In this document: one piece after another, positions 19,592 through 30,082 of the stretch | How positions within the stretch are numbered: position 1 is the stretch's first letter | How the letters are laid out: every line of letters begins with the position of its first letter | Assembly (NCBI GenBank): GCA_001782825.1 | Contig: MFPS01000009.1 | Span: 122,102 to 186,101 of the forward strand | DNA length: 64,000 nucleotides | Source: Candidatus Magasanikbacteria bacterium RIFCSPHIGHO2_01_FULL_33_34 | GTDB lineage: Bacteria; Patescibacteriota; Patescibacteriia; Magasanikbacterales; UBA922 | Direction: 5' to 3' | Notes under the pieces: generated by a model | The model's database searches: none | What the model saw: the letters and a program-made list of their open reading frames with translations, nothing else | What the model was told of the DNA's origin: nothing | Position numbers and translations under genes: made by a program

Positions 19592-22462
19592 TTATACCTC
19601 ACATTTTACTTTTAACTTTAATTTTTTTTGATTTATTTCCACTTCTTCTTCACCTTCACCTATTTCAACATTATCCGCACTCACTTGCTTTTTGATTTCA
19701 TCTGCAAATTCATCAAAAACAGCCTTAATCTCCTCATCTTCTGTTTCATACAAAATACTTACCTTAATTTCCCGTGTCAAACCTTTTTCTTTACGGATTT
19801 GATTTATTGCCCGTACTACTTCACGAACCAATCCTTCTTTTATTAATTCTTCTGATAACTGTGTATCCAATTCAATTTTCTCACCAAACAAAACTTCTTT
19901 TACATTTACTTCATCTGCAATTATATTCTTTAATCCATCTGGAAAATCTTTGTCTATAACCAATTTTTGCAATGGTTGCCTTACTTTTATTTTGGCCTCT
20001 TTTCTCAAAAATAAACTCTCTTCTACAATTTTTCTAGCTTCATTCATTTGAATTAAAACTTCTTCACCAACATAATCATCATTTATTTCTGGCCAATTTT
20101 CCAAATGCACACTAGTCTCTCCACTATTCAAATCCATAAATATTTTCTCAGAAACAAATGGAGTAAACGGCGCCATTACTTTTGACAAAGTTAATAAAAC
20201 TTCTTTGAGCGTAGCCAGAGCAAATTGCTTATCCTTTTCATCATCACCCTTAAATCTATCTCGACTCCTGCGCACATACCACTGCGACAGCTCCAAAATA
20301 AAATCCATAATCGGACGACTTGCCTCTGCCAGTTTGTAAGCCTTCATATTATCAGTTACTTCACGAACTAACTCTTGTTGTTTTGCTAATATCCAAGTGT
20401 CCAATATATTTTCTGACTTACCCACGTCTATTTCTTTTGCATCAACCTCAAACATTTTGTAAAAAGAATAAACATTCCAAAGTGTATTCACAACTTTATT
20501 ATACACATCACGCACAGCTGATTCTGAAAATCGCAAATCTTCTGCATACATAACTGGTGAAGATACCAAATAATACCTCATAGCATCAGCACCATATTTT
20601 TCAAGCATTTCATTTGGATCCGGATAATTTTTCAACCTCTTACTCATCTTTTTGCCATCTTCTGCCAAAACTATGCCGTTTACTATTACATTTTTGAAAG
20701 CACCGCTAGTTTTTTCTTTTGGAATTGACGACTCACTCCCGATTGTAAGAGCAGTTGCAAGCACATGAAGTGTATAAAACCAACCACGAGTTTGATCTTG
20801 ACCTTCGGCAATAAATTCTGATGGAAAACCGGCTTCAAATTTAGCTTTATTTTCAAATGGATAATGCATTTGTGCATATGGCATAGAACCAGATTCAAAC
20901 CAACAATCCAAAACTTCTGGAATTCTAGTATATTTCTTTCCATTTTTTTCTATGACTATATTATCAACAATATGCTTGTGTAAATCTGTTATTTTCTGTC
21001 CTGACAATTCTTCCAACTCTTTTACATTACCAATACAAAATACATCACCATCATCACTTTTCCATATTGGTAATGGAGTACCCCAAAAACGATTGCGAGA
21101 AATTGCCCAATCGCGTGCACCTTCCAACCATTTACCAAACCGACCTTCTTTCAAATGTTCTGGCACCCAGCTTATATCATGATTATTATTCACCAAATCA
21201 TCTTTCAAATCAGTGACCCGAACAAACCAAGATGAAGTCGCATAATTTAAAAGCGGAGTATCGCAACGCCAACAATGTGGATAGCTATGTTCATATTTTG
21301 CCTTACTAAACAATTTGTTATTATGCGCTAGCCATTTGATAATTTCTACATCAGTCTTAGTTATATCTTCTTTTGGCTTAACCTCAAACCCTGCAAAATC
21401 CGTAACTTCATTTGTAAATAATCCATCCATTGTCACATGTTGCACCCAACCAATCTTTTCTTTTTGACCAACTTCATAATCGTCATTACCAAATGCAGGG
21501 GCAATATGGACAATACCAGTTCCATTTTCAACCGTTACAAAATCAGCCGACACAACTTTAAAGGCATTTTCTGTATTTGCAAAATATGGAAACAATGGCT
21601 CATACTCTAAACCTACCAAATCTTTATTGTTAATTTTTTGTACAACTTCAAACTCTTTTTCCTTAAACACTTCCTGCAATCTTTCTTTTGCAACCACAAA
21701 ATTTTCATTTTCAAATCTGACCACCATATATTCAATATCTCCACCAACCGCAAGTGCAACATTTCCTGGCAAAGTCCAAGGTGTTGTCGTCCAAGCGAGT
21801 ACATACACATCGCCATCAACCCCCAACTTTTCTTTGGCATTCTTTAATTTAAATTTGGCTGTTGCAGACAAATCTTTCACATCTTTATATCCTTGAGTCA
21901 CTTCAAAATTTGAAAGTGGTGTAACACAGCGAGGGCAAATATGCATTGCCTTATAACCTTCATAAATCAAACCTTTATTAAACAATTCTTTAAAGACCCA
22001 CCACACACTCTCCATATACTCAATATCCATTGTCTTATACGAATGCTCCATATCTACCCATCTACCCATTCGCTCTACAGTCTTGCGCCATTCTTCTGTA
22101 TATTTCAAAACCGCAACTCGGCAAGCTTCATTAAACTTATCAACCCCCAATTTTTCAATATCTTTTTTACTATTAAGCTTGAGATCACTTTCAATAATAT
22201 TTTCAACTGGCAATCCATGACAATCCCAACCCCATACCCGCTCTACCCGATAACCCTGCATAGTCCAATATCTAGGTACTACATCTTTCATAAGACCTGC
22301 AACAATATGACCATAATGAGGCAAACCAGTCGCAAATGGAGGCCCATCATAAAAAACATACGGCTTATTCTCTGGCCGTTCATTAACAGATTTTTCAAAT
22401 GTTTTGTCTTTTTTCCAAAACTCTAGTATCTCACTCTCTTGTTCATTTGCATTATATGGCAT
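19592..22462 (-). CDS. ileS: Isoleucine--tRNA ligase (type 2)
   Basis: 956 aa. N-terminus FYDGPPFATGLPHYGH (HIGH) and KMSKRL (KMSKS). Type-2 IleS N-terminal signature. Confidence 0.95.
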   Translation of the reverse strand: MPYNANEQESEILEFWKKDKTFEKSVNERPENKPYVFYDGPPFATGLPHYGHIVAGLMKDVVPRYWTMQGYRVERVWGWDCHGLPVENIIESDLKLNSKKDIEKLGVDKFNEACRVAVLKYTEEWRKTVERMGRWVDMEHSYKTMDIEYMESVWWVFKELFNKGLIYEGYKAMHICPRCVTPLSNFEVTQGYKDVKDLSATAKFKLKNAKEKLGVDGDVYVLAWTTTPWTLPGNVALAVGGDIEYMVVRFENENFVVAKERLQEVFKEKEFEVVQKINNKDLVGLEYEPLFPYFANTENAFKVVSADFVTVENGTGIVHIAPAFGNDDYEVGQKEKIGWVQHVTMDGLFTNEVTDFAGFEVKPKEDITKTDVEIIKWLAHNNKLFSKAKYEHSYPHCWRCDTPLLNYATSSWFVRVTDLKDDLVNNNHDISWVPEHLKEGRFGKWLEGARDWAISRNRFWGTPLPIWKSDDGDVFCIGNVKELEELSGQKITDLHKHIVDNIVIEKNGKKYTRIPEVLDCWFESGSMPYAQMHYPFENKAKFEAGFPSEFIAEGQDQTRGWFYTLHVLATALTIGSESSIPKEKTSGAFKNVIVNGIVLAEDGKKMSKRLKNYPDPNEMLEKYGADAMRYYLVSSPVMYAEDLRFSESAVRDVYNKVVNTLWNVYSFYKMFEVDAKEIDVGKSENILDTWILAKQQELVREVTDNMKAYKLAEASRPIMDFILELSQWYVRRSRDRFKGDDEKDKQFALATLKEVLLTLSKVMAPFTPFVSEKIFMDLNSGETSVHLENWPEINDDYVGEEVLIQMNEARKIVEESLFLRKEAKIKVRQPLQKLVIDKDFPDGLKNIIADEVNVKEVLFGEKIELDTQLSEELIKEGLVREVVRAINQIRKEKGLTREIKVSILYETEDEEIKAVFDEFADEIKKQVSADNVEIGEGEEEVEINQKKLKLKVKCEV

Positions 22463-22512
22463 AAAATAATCACTAAGGTATAAAAATTGAAATCATCATT
22501 TATAATTAAGTA

Positions 22513-22608
22513 TTAATTTCAATTATTTGTTTTTACGGATTTGATGCTCCAATAAGCATCACCCTCGGAGCCAAAGCGAGAATGAGTAAAAACAAATAAT
22601 TGAAATTA
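22513..22608 (+). repeat. Nested-hairpin repeat element, copy 3
   Basis: 24-bp perfect inverted repeat TTAATTTCAATTATTTGTTTTTAC/GTAAAAACAAATAATTGAAATTAA. Inner hairpin GATGCT-CCAATAA-GCATC shows compensatory changes relative to GGTTGCC-ACAACA-GGCAACC in copy 2. Confidence 0.7.
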
Positions 22609-22714
22609 ATACAATCTTGGTCAAAAATATAAACAACACTGTCTTATCTTACAATCAAGAAATTTGCCTAATTATAGGCACAAGTATAAACTACTATACA
22701 AAAGAAATGCAGGA

Positions 22715-22743
22715 TTGTAAAGACCAGCCTCACATGTTATAAT
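22715..22743 (+). promoter_or_regulatory. Sigma70-type promoter for rpiB
   Basis: TTGTAA, 17 nt, TATAAT, 23 nt upstream of the ATG. Confidence 0.5.
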
Positions 22744-22765
22744 TTTATTACATTAATATAAACTT

Positions 22766-23221
22766 ATGTATACAGGATTATTATATATTGCCTCAGACCA
22801 TGCTGGTTATGGCCTCAAAAAAAGACTAATTAGATATATAAACAACGAACTAAACCTCAAGGTAGAAGATATGGGAGCCAAGCAATACGATGAAAACGAT
22901 GACTTTCCTGACTTTATATTACCCGCTACCCAAAAAGCAGTTGCTAACAATGGCCGAGTCATCGTTATTGGTGGTAGCGGAAACGGTGAAGCCATAGCCG
23001 CAAACAAAGTAACCGGCATGCGTTGTATCTTGGCCCACAGTATAGAAACAGCCCAACTAGGTAGAACTCACAACAATGCCAATGGCATTGCTTTTGGTGC
23101 ACGCATTATAACAGAAGAACACGCCATGGCTATGCTAAAAATATGGCTAGAAACAGAATTTCTAGGTGGTAAATATGAACTACGCAATATAAAAATAAAA
23201 CAATTTGAAGAAAAAAAATAA
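22766..23221 (+). CDS. rpiB: Ribose-5-phosphate isomerase B
   Basis: 151 aa. N-terminus LYIASDHAGYGLKKRL. RpiB/LacAB fold. Confidence 0.9.
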   Translation: MYTGLLYIASDHAGYGLKKRLIRYINNELNLKVEDMGAKQYDENDDFPDFILPATQKAVANNGRVIVIGGSGNGEAIAANKVTGMRCILAHSIETAQLGRTHNNANGIAFGARIITEEHAMAMLKIWLETEFLGGKYELRNIKIKQFEEKK

Positions 23222-23870
23222 TATGCCAAAAATTATACCTTCACTACTTGTCACAAATGAAACAGATTTTGAATCACAAATAAAATCTGTGACAGGACTC
23301 GTTGATATGATACAAGTTGACTTAGCTGATGGTAAATTTGTACCCAACACCACTTGGCCTTATCAAGAACCACAAAAAGCACAAAAACATCTTGAAAATA
23401 TTGATTTTGAACTACATCTCATGGTTGAAGAACCACTAAAGATCATAAAACAATGGATCAATCACAAACGACTCAAACGCATTTTAGTTCATATTGAATC
23501 AACCAATGATATAGAATCAATACTTTCAGAAATAAAAATGTTCCATAAAGAAGCTGGGATAGTCCTCAATCCAACTACCTCTATATATGATGCAGAACCA
23601 TACTTTGACAAAATAGACTCTCTAATGCTAATGGGTGTCAAACCTGGTTTTCAAGGACAAGCTTTTATACCAAGCACAATAGATAAAATCAAAAAAGTAA
23701 AAGAAATTAATAAAAATGTATTTATTGAAATTGATGGAGGTGTAAACAAACTGACAATTACCCAGATTGCTAGAGCTGGAGCTGATGTAATTTGCCCTGG
23801 CAGTGCAGTTTTTAAAGGAGATAATATAGAAAATAATATAACAGACTTAACTAATTTACTCACAGCTTAA
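23205..23870 (+). CDS. rpe: Ribulose-phosphate 3-epimerase
   Basis: IIPSLL..VDLADGKFVPN, HLMV, and a C-terminal GxDGG motif. An alternative start is at 23223. Confidence 0.85.
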   Translation: MKKKNNMPKIIPSLLVTNETDFESQIKSVTGLVDMIQVDLADGKFVPNTTWPYQEPQKAQKHLENIDFELHLMVEEPLKIIKQWINHKRLKRILVHIESTNDIESILSEIKMFHKEAGIVLNPTTSIYDAEPYFDKIDSLMLMGVKPGFQGQAFIPSTIDKIKKVKEINKNVFIEIDGGVNKLTITQIARAGADVICPGSAVFKGDNIENNITDLTNLLTA

Positions 23871-23929
23871 TTAAAATTTACTTAATTAATAACTTGTTAG
23901 AAAAACTAATGTTATTTATAAAATAATAA

Positions 23930-24027
23930 AAGTCTGATAATTATATTTTTTACGGATTTGGTTGCTACAACAAACAACCACCTCGGAGTCCAAACGAGAA
24001 TGAGTAAAAAATATAATTATCAGACTT
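23930..24027 (+). repeat. Nested-hairpin repeat element, copy 4
   Basis: 24-bp perfect inverted repeat AAGTCTGATAATTATATTTTTTAC/GTAAAAAATATAATTATCAGACTT. The stem sequence differs from the other copies, but pairing is preserved. Confidence 0.7.
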
Positions 24028-24087
24028 TACTACCAAAAAACAATACAAATAACATTACAAAATCTTACAAATAACTTAATAAATATT

Positions 24088-25032
24088 ATGTACGACCTAG
24101 TCATTATAGGCGCTTCAGCAGCCTCATTTCCAGCAGCCATTTACTCAGCCCGCAGACATCTAAATTTTGTAATGGTCACCAAAGATATCGGTGGCGAATT
24201 AGCTTTGTCTGGATCAGTAAACAATTGGCCTGGAGTAATTGAGACCAATGGATATGAATTGGCCAAACAAATGCACGAACACGCAAAATCATATGGAACA
24301 CAAATTGATGAAGGTATAGAAGTACAAGAAATAAAGCAAAATGGCAAAACTCATACCGTGATTGCAAAAGATGCCGTTGGTAAAGAAAAAATATATGAAA
24401 CAAAATCTATCATAATAGCCAGTGGAATTCATCCTCGTGAACTTGGAATTGAAGGAGAAGACAAATTCAGAGGAAAAGGGGTTACTTATTGTACAGTCTG
24501 CGATGGTCCATTATTCAAAGGAAAAACAACCGCTACGATTGGCTCAGGAAATTCAGCCTTAGAATCAGCTTTGATGATGGCTGGCATTGCTGAAAAAGTC
24601 TATATTGTAACCAAATACACAGAGAGTAATATGGGAGGATTTCCAAGAGGCGAATCTATTCTTGTAAAAAAATTAAAAGAACTTAAAAATGTAGAAATCC
24701 TATACAATACAGACACAAGAGAAATACAAGGAGAGAATATGGTAAACAAAATCATAGTGGCCGATAATGAAAGTGGTGAAATCAAAGACATAACTGTACA
24801 AGGCGTAATGGTTCATATTGGTATGATACCAAATAGTGATTTTGTTGAATGTGTTAAAAAAAATAAACAAAAAGAAATTGAAGTAGACCTAAAATGCGAA
24901 ACCTCTGTTGCTGGCATTTTTGCTGCTGGAGACGTTACCAATATACCTTATAAACAAATTGTCATTGCCGCTGGTCAAGGAGTAACCGCTGCCTTATCAG
25001 CTATTGATTATCTTAATAAGTTTGATGAATAA
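24088..25032 (+). CDS. trxB: Thioredoxin-disulfide reductase
   Basis: 314 aa. FAD-binding motif, redox-active CTVCDG (the CATC-equivalent), and NADPH-binding GSGNSALE. Confidence 0.85.
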   Translation: MYDLVIIGASAASFPAAIYSARRHLNFVMVTKDIGGELALSGSVNNWPGVIETNGYELAKQMHEHAKSYGTQIDEGIEVQEIKQNGKTHTVIAKDAVGKEKIYETKSIIIASGIHPRELGIEGEDKFRGKGVTYCTVCDGPLFKGKTTATIGSGNSALESALMMAGIAEKVYIVTKYTESNMGGFPRGESILVKKLKELKNVEILYNTDTREIQGENMVNKIIVADNESGEIKDITVQGVMVHIGMIPNSDFVECVKKNKQKEIEVDLKCETSVAGIFAAGDVTNIPYKQIVIAAGQGVTAALSAIDYLNKFDE

Positions 25033-25077
25033 AAGGCTCAAATTAGCCAAAAAAAATAAAAAATCACATTAAAATGA

Positions 25078-25106
25078 TTGACAAATCAACTTTTTTAAGG
25101 TATACT
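25078..25106 (+). promoter_or_regulatory. Sigma70-type promoter for the ATP-grasp gene
   Basis: TTGACA, 17 nt, TATACT. Confidence 0.45.
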
Positions 25107-25168
25107 ACAAACTTATAAATATAATTTTAACTACAAATCCATCATAATTTTTCTTATAAAAAAGACTT

Positions 25169-26548
25169 ATGTCTAATCAAAAAGGGAAACAAACTGCTCA
25201 AATCATAAACAAAATATTTGACCAAATGATAAAAGCAGTCAATGATACAGGTGAAGAAAAACAAAAAAATATTATTCTCTTCGTAGGTAAAATACAAGAC
25301 TTCACATACTCTTCAATAGAAGCATACAACAAATCATCCGAAAAAAAATATCGTATTGGTTTAATTTATGATTCAAAATCAAAATTTGATTTATCAGGAC
25401 AAAAAATTTTTGATTCCATTGAAATTAAAATTCCTTGCGATATTAACAATCCTTCATCTATTCAAAAGGCTTTGTTACCTTATCAAGACGAACTATTGGC
25501 TATCACCTGTCGTGGAGAAGATAAAATACCAACATTTTCCAAAATAATTCCCCATGTACCATATCTAAATACTCCAAGCTCAAAATCACTAGAATGGGCA
25601 TCTGACAAAATCATGATGCGTGAAAGATTGCGCATACACAACAAAAATATAACACCAGCATTTACCATAATAAAAGACTACAAAAATTCATCCATAAAAA
25701 AAATAGAAGACGAAGTAGGCTTTCCAATAGTTGTAAAACCATCAGGACTGGCAGCTAGTAGGCTAGTATCAATTTGCTTCCACAAAGAAGAACTGGAACA
25801 AATTTTGAAAAAGATTTTTAAAAAAATAGATTCAGTTTACAAAGAAAATAATTTTACTGGTGAACCACAAGTACTAGTAGAAAAATTTATGGATGGTGAA
25901 ATGTACTCTATAGATGGCTATGTCAATAGAAGAGGTATTATAAATTTTTGTCCAATGGTACACATAAAAACAGGTAGATCAATCGGATTTGATGATTTTT
26001 TTGGTTATCAACAAATTACCCCAACACTTCTTGGAAAAGAAAAAATAATAAATGCAGAATTTGTTGCCCAAGAAGCTGTTCATGCACTAGCATTAAGAAA
26101 TACCACTGTACATGTTGAAATGATTAAAACAGAGTCTGGCTGGAAAATTATTGAATTGGCTGCTAGAGCTGGTGGTTTCCGTCATCAAATGTACAAATAT
26201 TCTTATGATATTGATCACACCCTAAATGATATTTATATACATATACCAGAAAAAACAATAATCCCAAAAAAAGTCTTAGGCTATACTGTGGCAATGAAAT
26301 TTTTTGCAAAACAAGAAGGTACTTTGACTAAACTAACTGGAATAAAAAAAATACAACTTCTAAGCTCATTCAAAGAAATTAGTGTTAACAAAAATATTGG
26401 TGATATGTGTTTATATGCCAAAAATGGTGGAAATAGTGTTTTTAATTTAATAATGTTTAACAAAGAAAGATCAAAACTACTAGCAGATATCAGAAGAGTA
26501 GAGCAAACAATAGAAATAGAAACTAGTAAAAACGGAAATACTAAATAA
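25169..26548 (+). CDS. ATP-grasp domain ligase with N-terminal extension (carboxylate-amine ligase family)
   Basis: 459 aa. Central ATP-grasp core GFPIVVKPSGLAASRLV...LVEKFMDGEMYSIDGYV. Substrate unknown. Confidence 0.6.
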   Translation: MSNQKGKQTAQIINKIFDQMIKAVNDTGEEKQKNIILFVGKIQDFTYSSIEAYNKSSEKKYRIGLIYDSKSKFDLSGQKIFDSIEIKIPCDINNPSSIQKALLPYQDELLAITCRGEDKIPTFSKIIPHVPYLNTPSSKSLEWASDKIMMRERLRIHNKNITPAFTIIKDYKNSSIKKIEDEVGFPIVVKPSGLAASRLVSICFHKEELEQILKKIFKKIDSVYKENNFTGEPQVLVEKFMDGEMYSIDGYVNRRGIINFCPMVHIKTGRSIGFDDFFGYQQITPTLLGKEKIINAEFVAQEAVHALALRNTTVHVEMIKTESGWKIIELAARAGGFRHQMYKYSYDIDHTLNDIYIHIPEKTIIPKKVLGYTVAMKFFAKQEGTLTKLTGIKKIQLLSSFKEISVNKNIGDMCLYAKNGGNSVFNLIMFNKERSKLLADIRRVEQTIEIETSKNGNTK

Positions 26549-26571
26549 AAAATCCCTAATAGGGATTTTTT
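26546..26571 (+). terminator. Rho-independent terminator
   Basis: AAAAAATCCCTA-ATAGGGATTTTTT. Confidence 0.7.
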
Positions 26572-26612
26572 AAATTATTAATAATTATTGATTTTATTAT
26601 TATTTTAATAAA

Positions 26613-27323
26613 TCATACAAAATTTCTCATCTTATAATCATGTTTTCTACCAACAAAATGCTCTACAGTTTGGCATATGCTATCATAATGATAAGGTGGC
26701 CCAAGCAAACACAAACCATATTCAAAAGCCAAAACTTGCCCACGAATTTCTTCTGCCAAATTAGGATACTCTTGCTCGTCATCTGCCATAGCCGACAAAA
26801 CATTTAATCTTTTTTCTATATCATCTAAAATTATTTGAAACCTAGCAACTTTTTTTTCATATTCAATTCTACTAGAAGCAAAAACTGCTTGCGCAGTATG
26901 CCCCCAAATGTCTCTTTTTACATCAACTAATGCTTCACCAACTTTCACCCTATCTTCAACATCAAAAAACATTGCAGGGTTACCACTATACAAATCAACA
27001 AAATTACCACCATATCCAACAAACTCTTTATACCTACGCTTTAAATTTGGTTCAAGTTTTCCTAATAAAAAACTTTCACCTAATTTATTTTCAAATACAT
27101 TAAAAAACTCCTTAAAAGCCTGACGATATGGCCATAATTTCTTACCAAAAAATATAATAGTTTTTTCCATTTCTCCCAACTCCAAATCAAAATTTGATTC
27201 CATTTGCTTATAAGCCTGTTTAGCATCTGCAACCATATTTTTTGGAGCCAAAGGTGGAATTCTATTAACTAAATGAGAAAAAATATTTAATGTATGTTTT
27301 ATATGTGGTTTATGCATACTCAA
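26613..27323 (-). CDS. Hypothetical protein
   Basis: 236 aa, soluble. No motif. Confidence 0.5.
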   Translation of the reverse strand: MSMHKPHIKHTLNIFSHLVNRIPPLAPKNMVADAKQAYKQMESNFDLELGEMEKTIIFFGKKLWPYRQAFKEFFNVFENKLGESFLLGKLEPNLKRRYKEFVGYGGNFVDLYSGNPAMFFDVEDRVKVGEALVDVKRDIWGHTAQAVFASSRIEYEKKVARFQIILDDIEKRLNVLSAMADDEQEYPNLAEEIRGQVLAFEYGLCLLGPPYHYDSICQTVEHFVGRKHDYKMRNFV

Positions 27324-27435
27324 TAAAAACTATAATTACCAATGTTAGTATACACTTTTTTTAAAAATGACTCAACAAAAAACCCCGATCCGTTGTAAAC
27401 GGACCGAGGCAAGCACGGTACAGGCAAGATAATGC

Positions 27436-27741
27436 CTACTTTTTTTCCATGCTTTTGAGCACATCACGGCGCTCCTTATCTGAACAAGGTTGACCCGATG
27501 GCTCCCACCGACAATCAACCAAAGAAACCCCTCCATCTTCCTCGTCTGTCCATATTATGATACGCCTAGTTGGAAGTATAACAGAATTTTCTTCTGATTC
27601 GAGTTTTTCAAACACAGAACCACGATCAATCTTAGAGGTTATGTCCACATCCACAGACGTGGGAAAAAACATCAAAATCAACAAGGTTGAAACGACAAAA
27701 CCCACCACGAAATCAAACATCGACATTCTACGATTTTCCAT
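27436..27741 (-). CDS. Small membrane-anchored hypothetical protein (N-terminal TM, acidic ectodomain)
   Basis: 101 aa. The 3' part lies in a locally GC-rich patch (27370-27560). A downstream hairpin plus T-run on the coding strand acts as terminator. Confidence 0.45.
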   Translation of the reverse strand: MENRRMSMFDFVVGFVVSTLLILMFFPTSVDVDITSKIDRGSVFEKLESEENSVILPTRRIIIWTDEEDGGVSLVDCRWEPSGQPCSDKERRDVLKSMEKK

Positions 27742-27843
27742 GTTAACCCCCTATATCTTTCTTGGTCCCATACCAAAAAGACAAATAAGTATATCACAAA
27801 AAAATACTTTTGTCAAGTATTTTACACTTATTTTAAGCTAATC

Positions 27844-28302
27844 TTAGCTATTTTTTCTTAAAATATGCATAGCAATTCCACCAGCAATACTCACATTCAA
27901 ACTCTCCTTTTTACCTTGCATCGGTATATGTAAAACTTCATCACACAACCTTATTATATCCTCAGACACACCCTCTACTTCATTACCTACTATAAGTGCT
28001 ATGTCTCCTTTATATTTAAACTTATTTATATCATTACTTTTATTAGTTTTTTCTAAAGCTACTATCTTAATATTATTTTTTTTCAATTTTTGTATTAATA
28101 TTTTCAAATTTTTCTTTGTTTCAAATGGTACCCATTTTTCTGCGCCAAGAGAAACTTTGTCGATCTGTGGTTTTGGTGGAACCGGAGTATATCCAACCAA
28201 AAATATTTTATCAATACCAAAAGCATCAGCCGTACGAAACATAGCTCCAACATTATGACAAGATCTAATATTTGGTAAAATTAAAAAAAATTTTCCTTTC
28301 AC
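27844..28302 (-). CDS. SpoU/TrmH-family RNA 2'-O-methyltransferase (TrmL-like)
   Basis: 152 aa. SPOUT motifs NVGAMFRTADAFG and LVGNEVEGVS..IPM. Confidence 0.8.
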   Translation of the reverse strand: MKGKFFLILPNIRSCHNVGAMFRTADAFGIDKIFLVGYTPVPPKPQIDKVSLGAEKWVPFETKKNLKILIQKLKKNNIKIVALEKTNKSNDINKFKYKGDIALIVGNEVEGVSEDIIRLCDEVLHIPMQGKKESLNVSIAGGIAMHILRKNS

Positions 28303-28339
28303 ATCAATATATTATACTTGCATACATACAACTAAAAAT

Positions 28340-29569
28340 TTACTCTACTGTATTTGGATATCTTCTGAGTTCTGTTTCTCTATCACTTTCCAATCTTTCT
28401 GCCTTGATACGAGCAGACTCTATCTCTGCACGCATATCTTGTCTATCTTCTATAAACTCACTTTGAGCCCTTCTCAGCTCTACAGACTTACCCTTCAAAT
28501 CTTCAATCTTTTTAGTATGTTCATCTATCAATTGTTGCATTCTCTCTCTAATCTGTTCCTCTGTTAAACCCTCACTTTTAAGTTCCATCATTTTTTGAGA
28601 ACGTTCCTTAAATAAATTATTTTTTTCTTGAAGAATTTTCTTTGCATCACTAATTACTTCCAACCGATGTCCAGCCTGCAAATCCCCAGACTGAGCTTTA
28701 CTAACAAGATCTTCATAAAACCCTTTATAATTCAAACGAATAGACTCTAGCTTTAATTTTCTTTCCTCCTGAAGAATACGAATTTGTTCAACCTTTTCTT
28801 CTGTAGTCAATTCACTATTATTCAAAATCTCTTTCTTTTGTTTATTAAATTCTTTTACCGCACCTAAATGTGTTTGAATTCTCTCCCAAACACTATTCAA
28901 ATGTTCAAAAGTTCTACTAGTAACCTCAGCATCATCAATATCCCCAATCAAAGATCTCCCTCGATCAAGCATTTGCTCTCTCAATAACTCAAATCTATCT
29001 TTAGCATCTTCAGGTAAATTATCAGCCAAATCTTCCATAATTTTATCCCTTCTCAATTGATGAGTAGCCAAATTCTTTTTTAATTTTTCTGCTCTTTCAG
29101 TTGTTTTTTCAATCCAACTATCCTTTTTTCTCTGTATATTATCCATATGCTTTTGCGCAATTTCAATCATTTGTTCTGCTTTTTTTTGGGCATTTGCATT
29201 TGTAGATTCTTCAAGAATTTTTTGAGCAATCGCCATTCTTTCTTCAGCATATATCAATTGCTTTTCAGCTTTTTTTACTGGATCAAAAGTTAAGGCAATA
29301 GATATTTTTTCTCTCCAATCACGCAACCACATACCAAACCCACTTGGTACTTTTGTAATATTCTCTAATTCCACACCCTCCAACTCTTCTGGTTCTTCCA
29401 ATTCAACCAAAATATCATCCACTGTCTCTAAATCACCAGAATTATCTGATGTTTCTCCTACATTATTATCTGTTAATACAGGCTCTTCTGTCTGCGCAGA
29501 AACAAAAGAAATGGCAAAAAAAGCCACAAAAAAGCTCAAAGATAAACTCAAAAATACATTCTTCTTCAT
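28340..29569 (-). CDS. Secreted coiled-coil protein (signal peptide, heptad-rich, Glu/Lys/Arg-rich)
   Basis: 409 aa. N-terminal signal peptide ending VSAQ, then a long charged alpha-helical region. Confidence 0.6.
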   Translation of the reverse strand: MKKNVFLSLSLSFFVAFFAISFVSAQTEEPVLTDNNVGETSDNSGDLETVDDILVELEEPEELEGVELENITKVPSGFGMWLRDWREKISIALTFDPVKKAEKQLIYAEERMAIAQKILEESTNANAQKKAEQMIEIAQKHMDNIQRKKDSWIEKTTERAEKLKKNLATHQLRRDKIMEDLADNLPEDAKDRFELLREQMLDRGRSLIGDIDDAEVTSRTFEHLNSVWERIQTHLGAVKEFNKQKKEILNNSELTTEEKVEQIRILQEERKLKLESIRLNYKGFYEDLVSKAQSGDLQAGHRLEVISDAKKILQEKNNLFKERSQKMMELKSEGLTEEQIRERMQQLIDEHTKKIEDLKGKSVELRRAQSEFIEDRQDMRAEIESARIKAERLESDRETELRRYPNTVE

Positions 29570-29820
29570 ATTAAATAAAATTATATTATAACTAAAATAT
29601 ATTATACTCCATTAGAAATTCTTGGCAAGAACAAAAAAACAGACACCAACAGCATGATACCTGCAAATAAATAATAATAAATAGGGGCAAAACCTTCATT
29701 CTGTATTTCTGTTGTGCCCAAAACTGACCCAAACTTATCTTGTTTGTTACTCATATGTTTATGTTTATGTTTATTTTTGTATAAAAAAATCTTGAAGTCA
29801 ATGACAACAAGAAATTTTTT

Positions 29821-30018
29821 TTACATTGATTGTTTGTCACTATCGTCTTCTAAAACATCTGAAACAGGTGCTTCAGGTGCTTGTACTTCTTCTACTGAAG
29901 TGTCCTCAACAACAGGAGCTTCTGGAGAAGTAGGCATTTCTGGAGAAACAGGTGCTTGTGATTCACCAGATTCTTCTGACCCTTTACTACCTTTAAAAAG
30001 TTCTGAAAAAAAACCCAT
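29821..30018 (-). CDS. Small acidic Pro/Glu/Ser-rich protein (uncertain)
   Basis: 65 aa from MGFFSELFKG.... Preferred over the overlapping plus-strand Cys/Leu-rich ORF 29714-30046 on composition grounds only. Confidence 0.3.
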   Translation of the reverse strand: MGFFSELFKGSKGSEESGESQAPVSPEMPTSPEAPVVEDTSVEEVQAPEAPVSDVLEDDSDKQSM

Positions 30019-30082
30019 AGATTTATTTTTAAAAATTAATTTTTGATTAATTACTCTATTAGTATAGCACAAAATTGACGTT

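Noticed and set aside
3244-24027. CRISPR array interpretation of the four repeat copies
   Set aside because: The copies are kilobases apart, each is a self-contained palindrome and not a short direct repeat with spacers, and no cas genes are present.
29714-30046. Plus-strand 110-aa ORF (MPKTDPNLSCLLLICLCLCL...)
   Set aside because: It overlaps a compositionally more protein-like minus-strand acidic ORF. Its Cys/Leu-rich N-terminus looks like an antisense artefact. Neither frame is certain.
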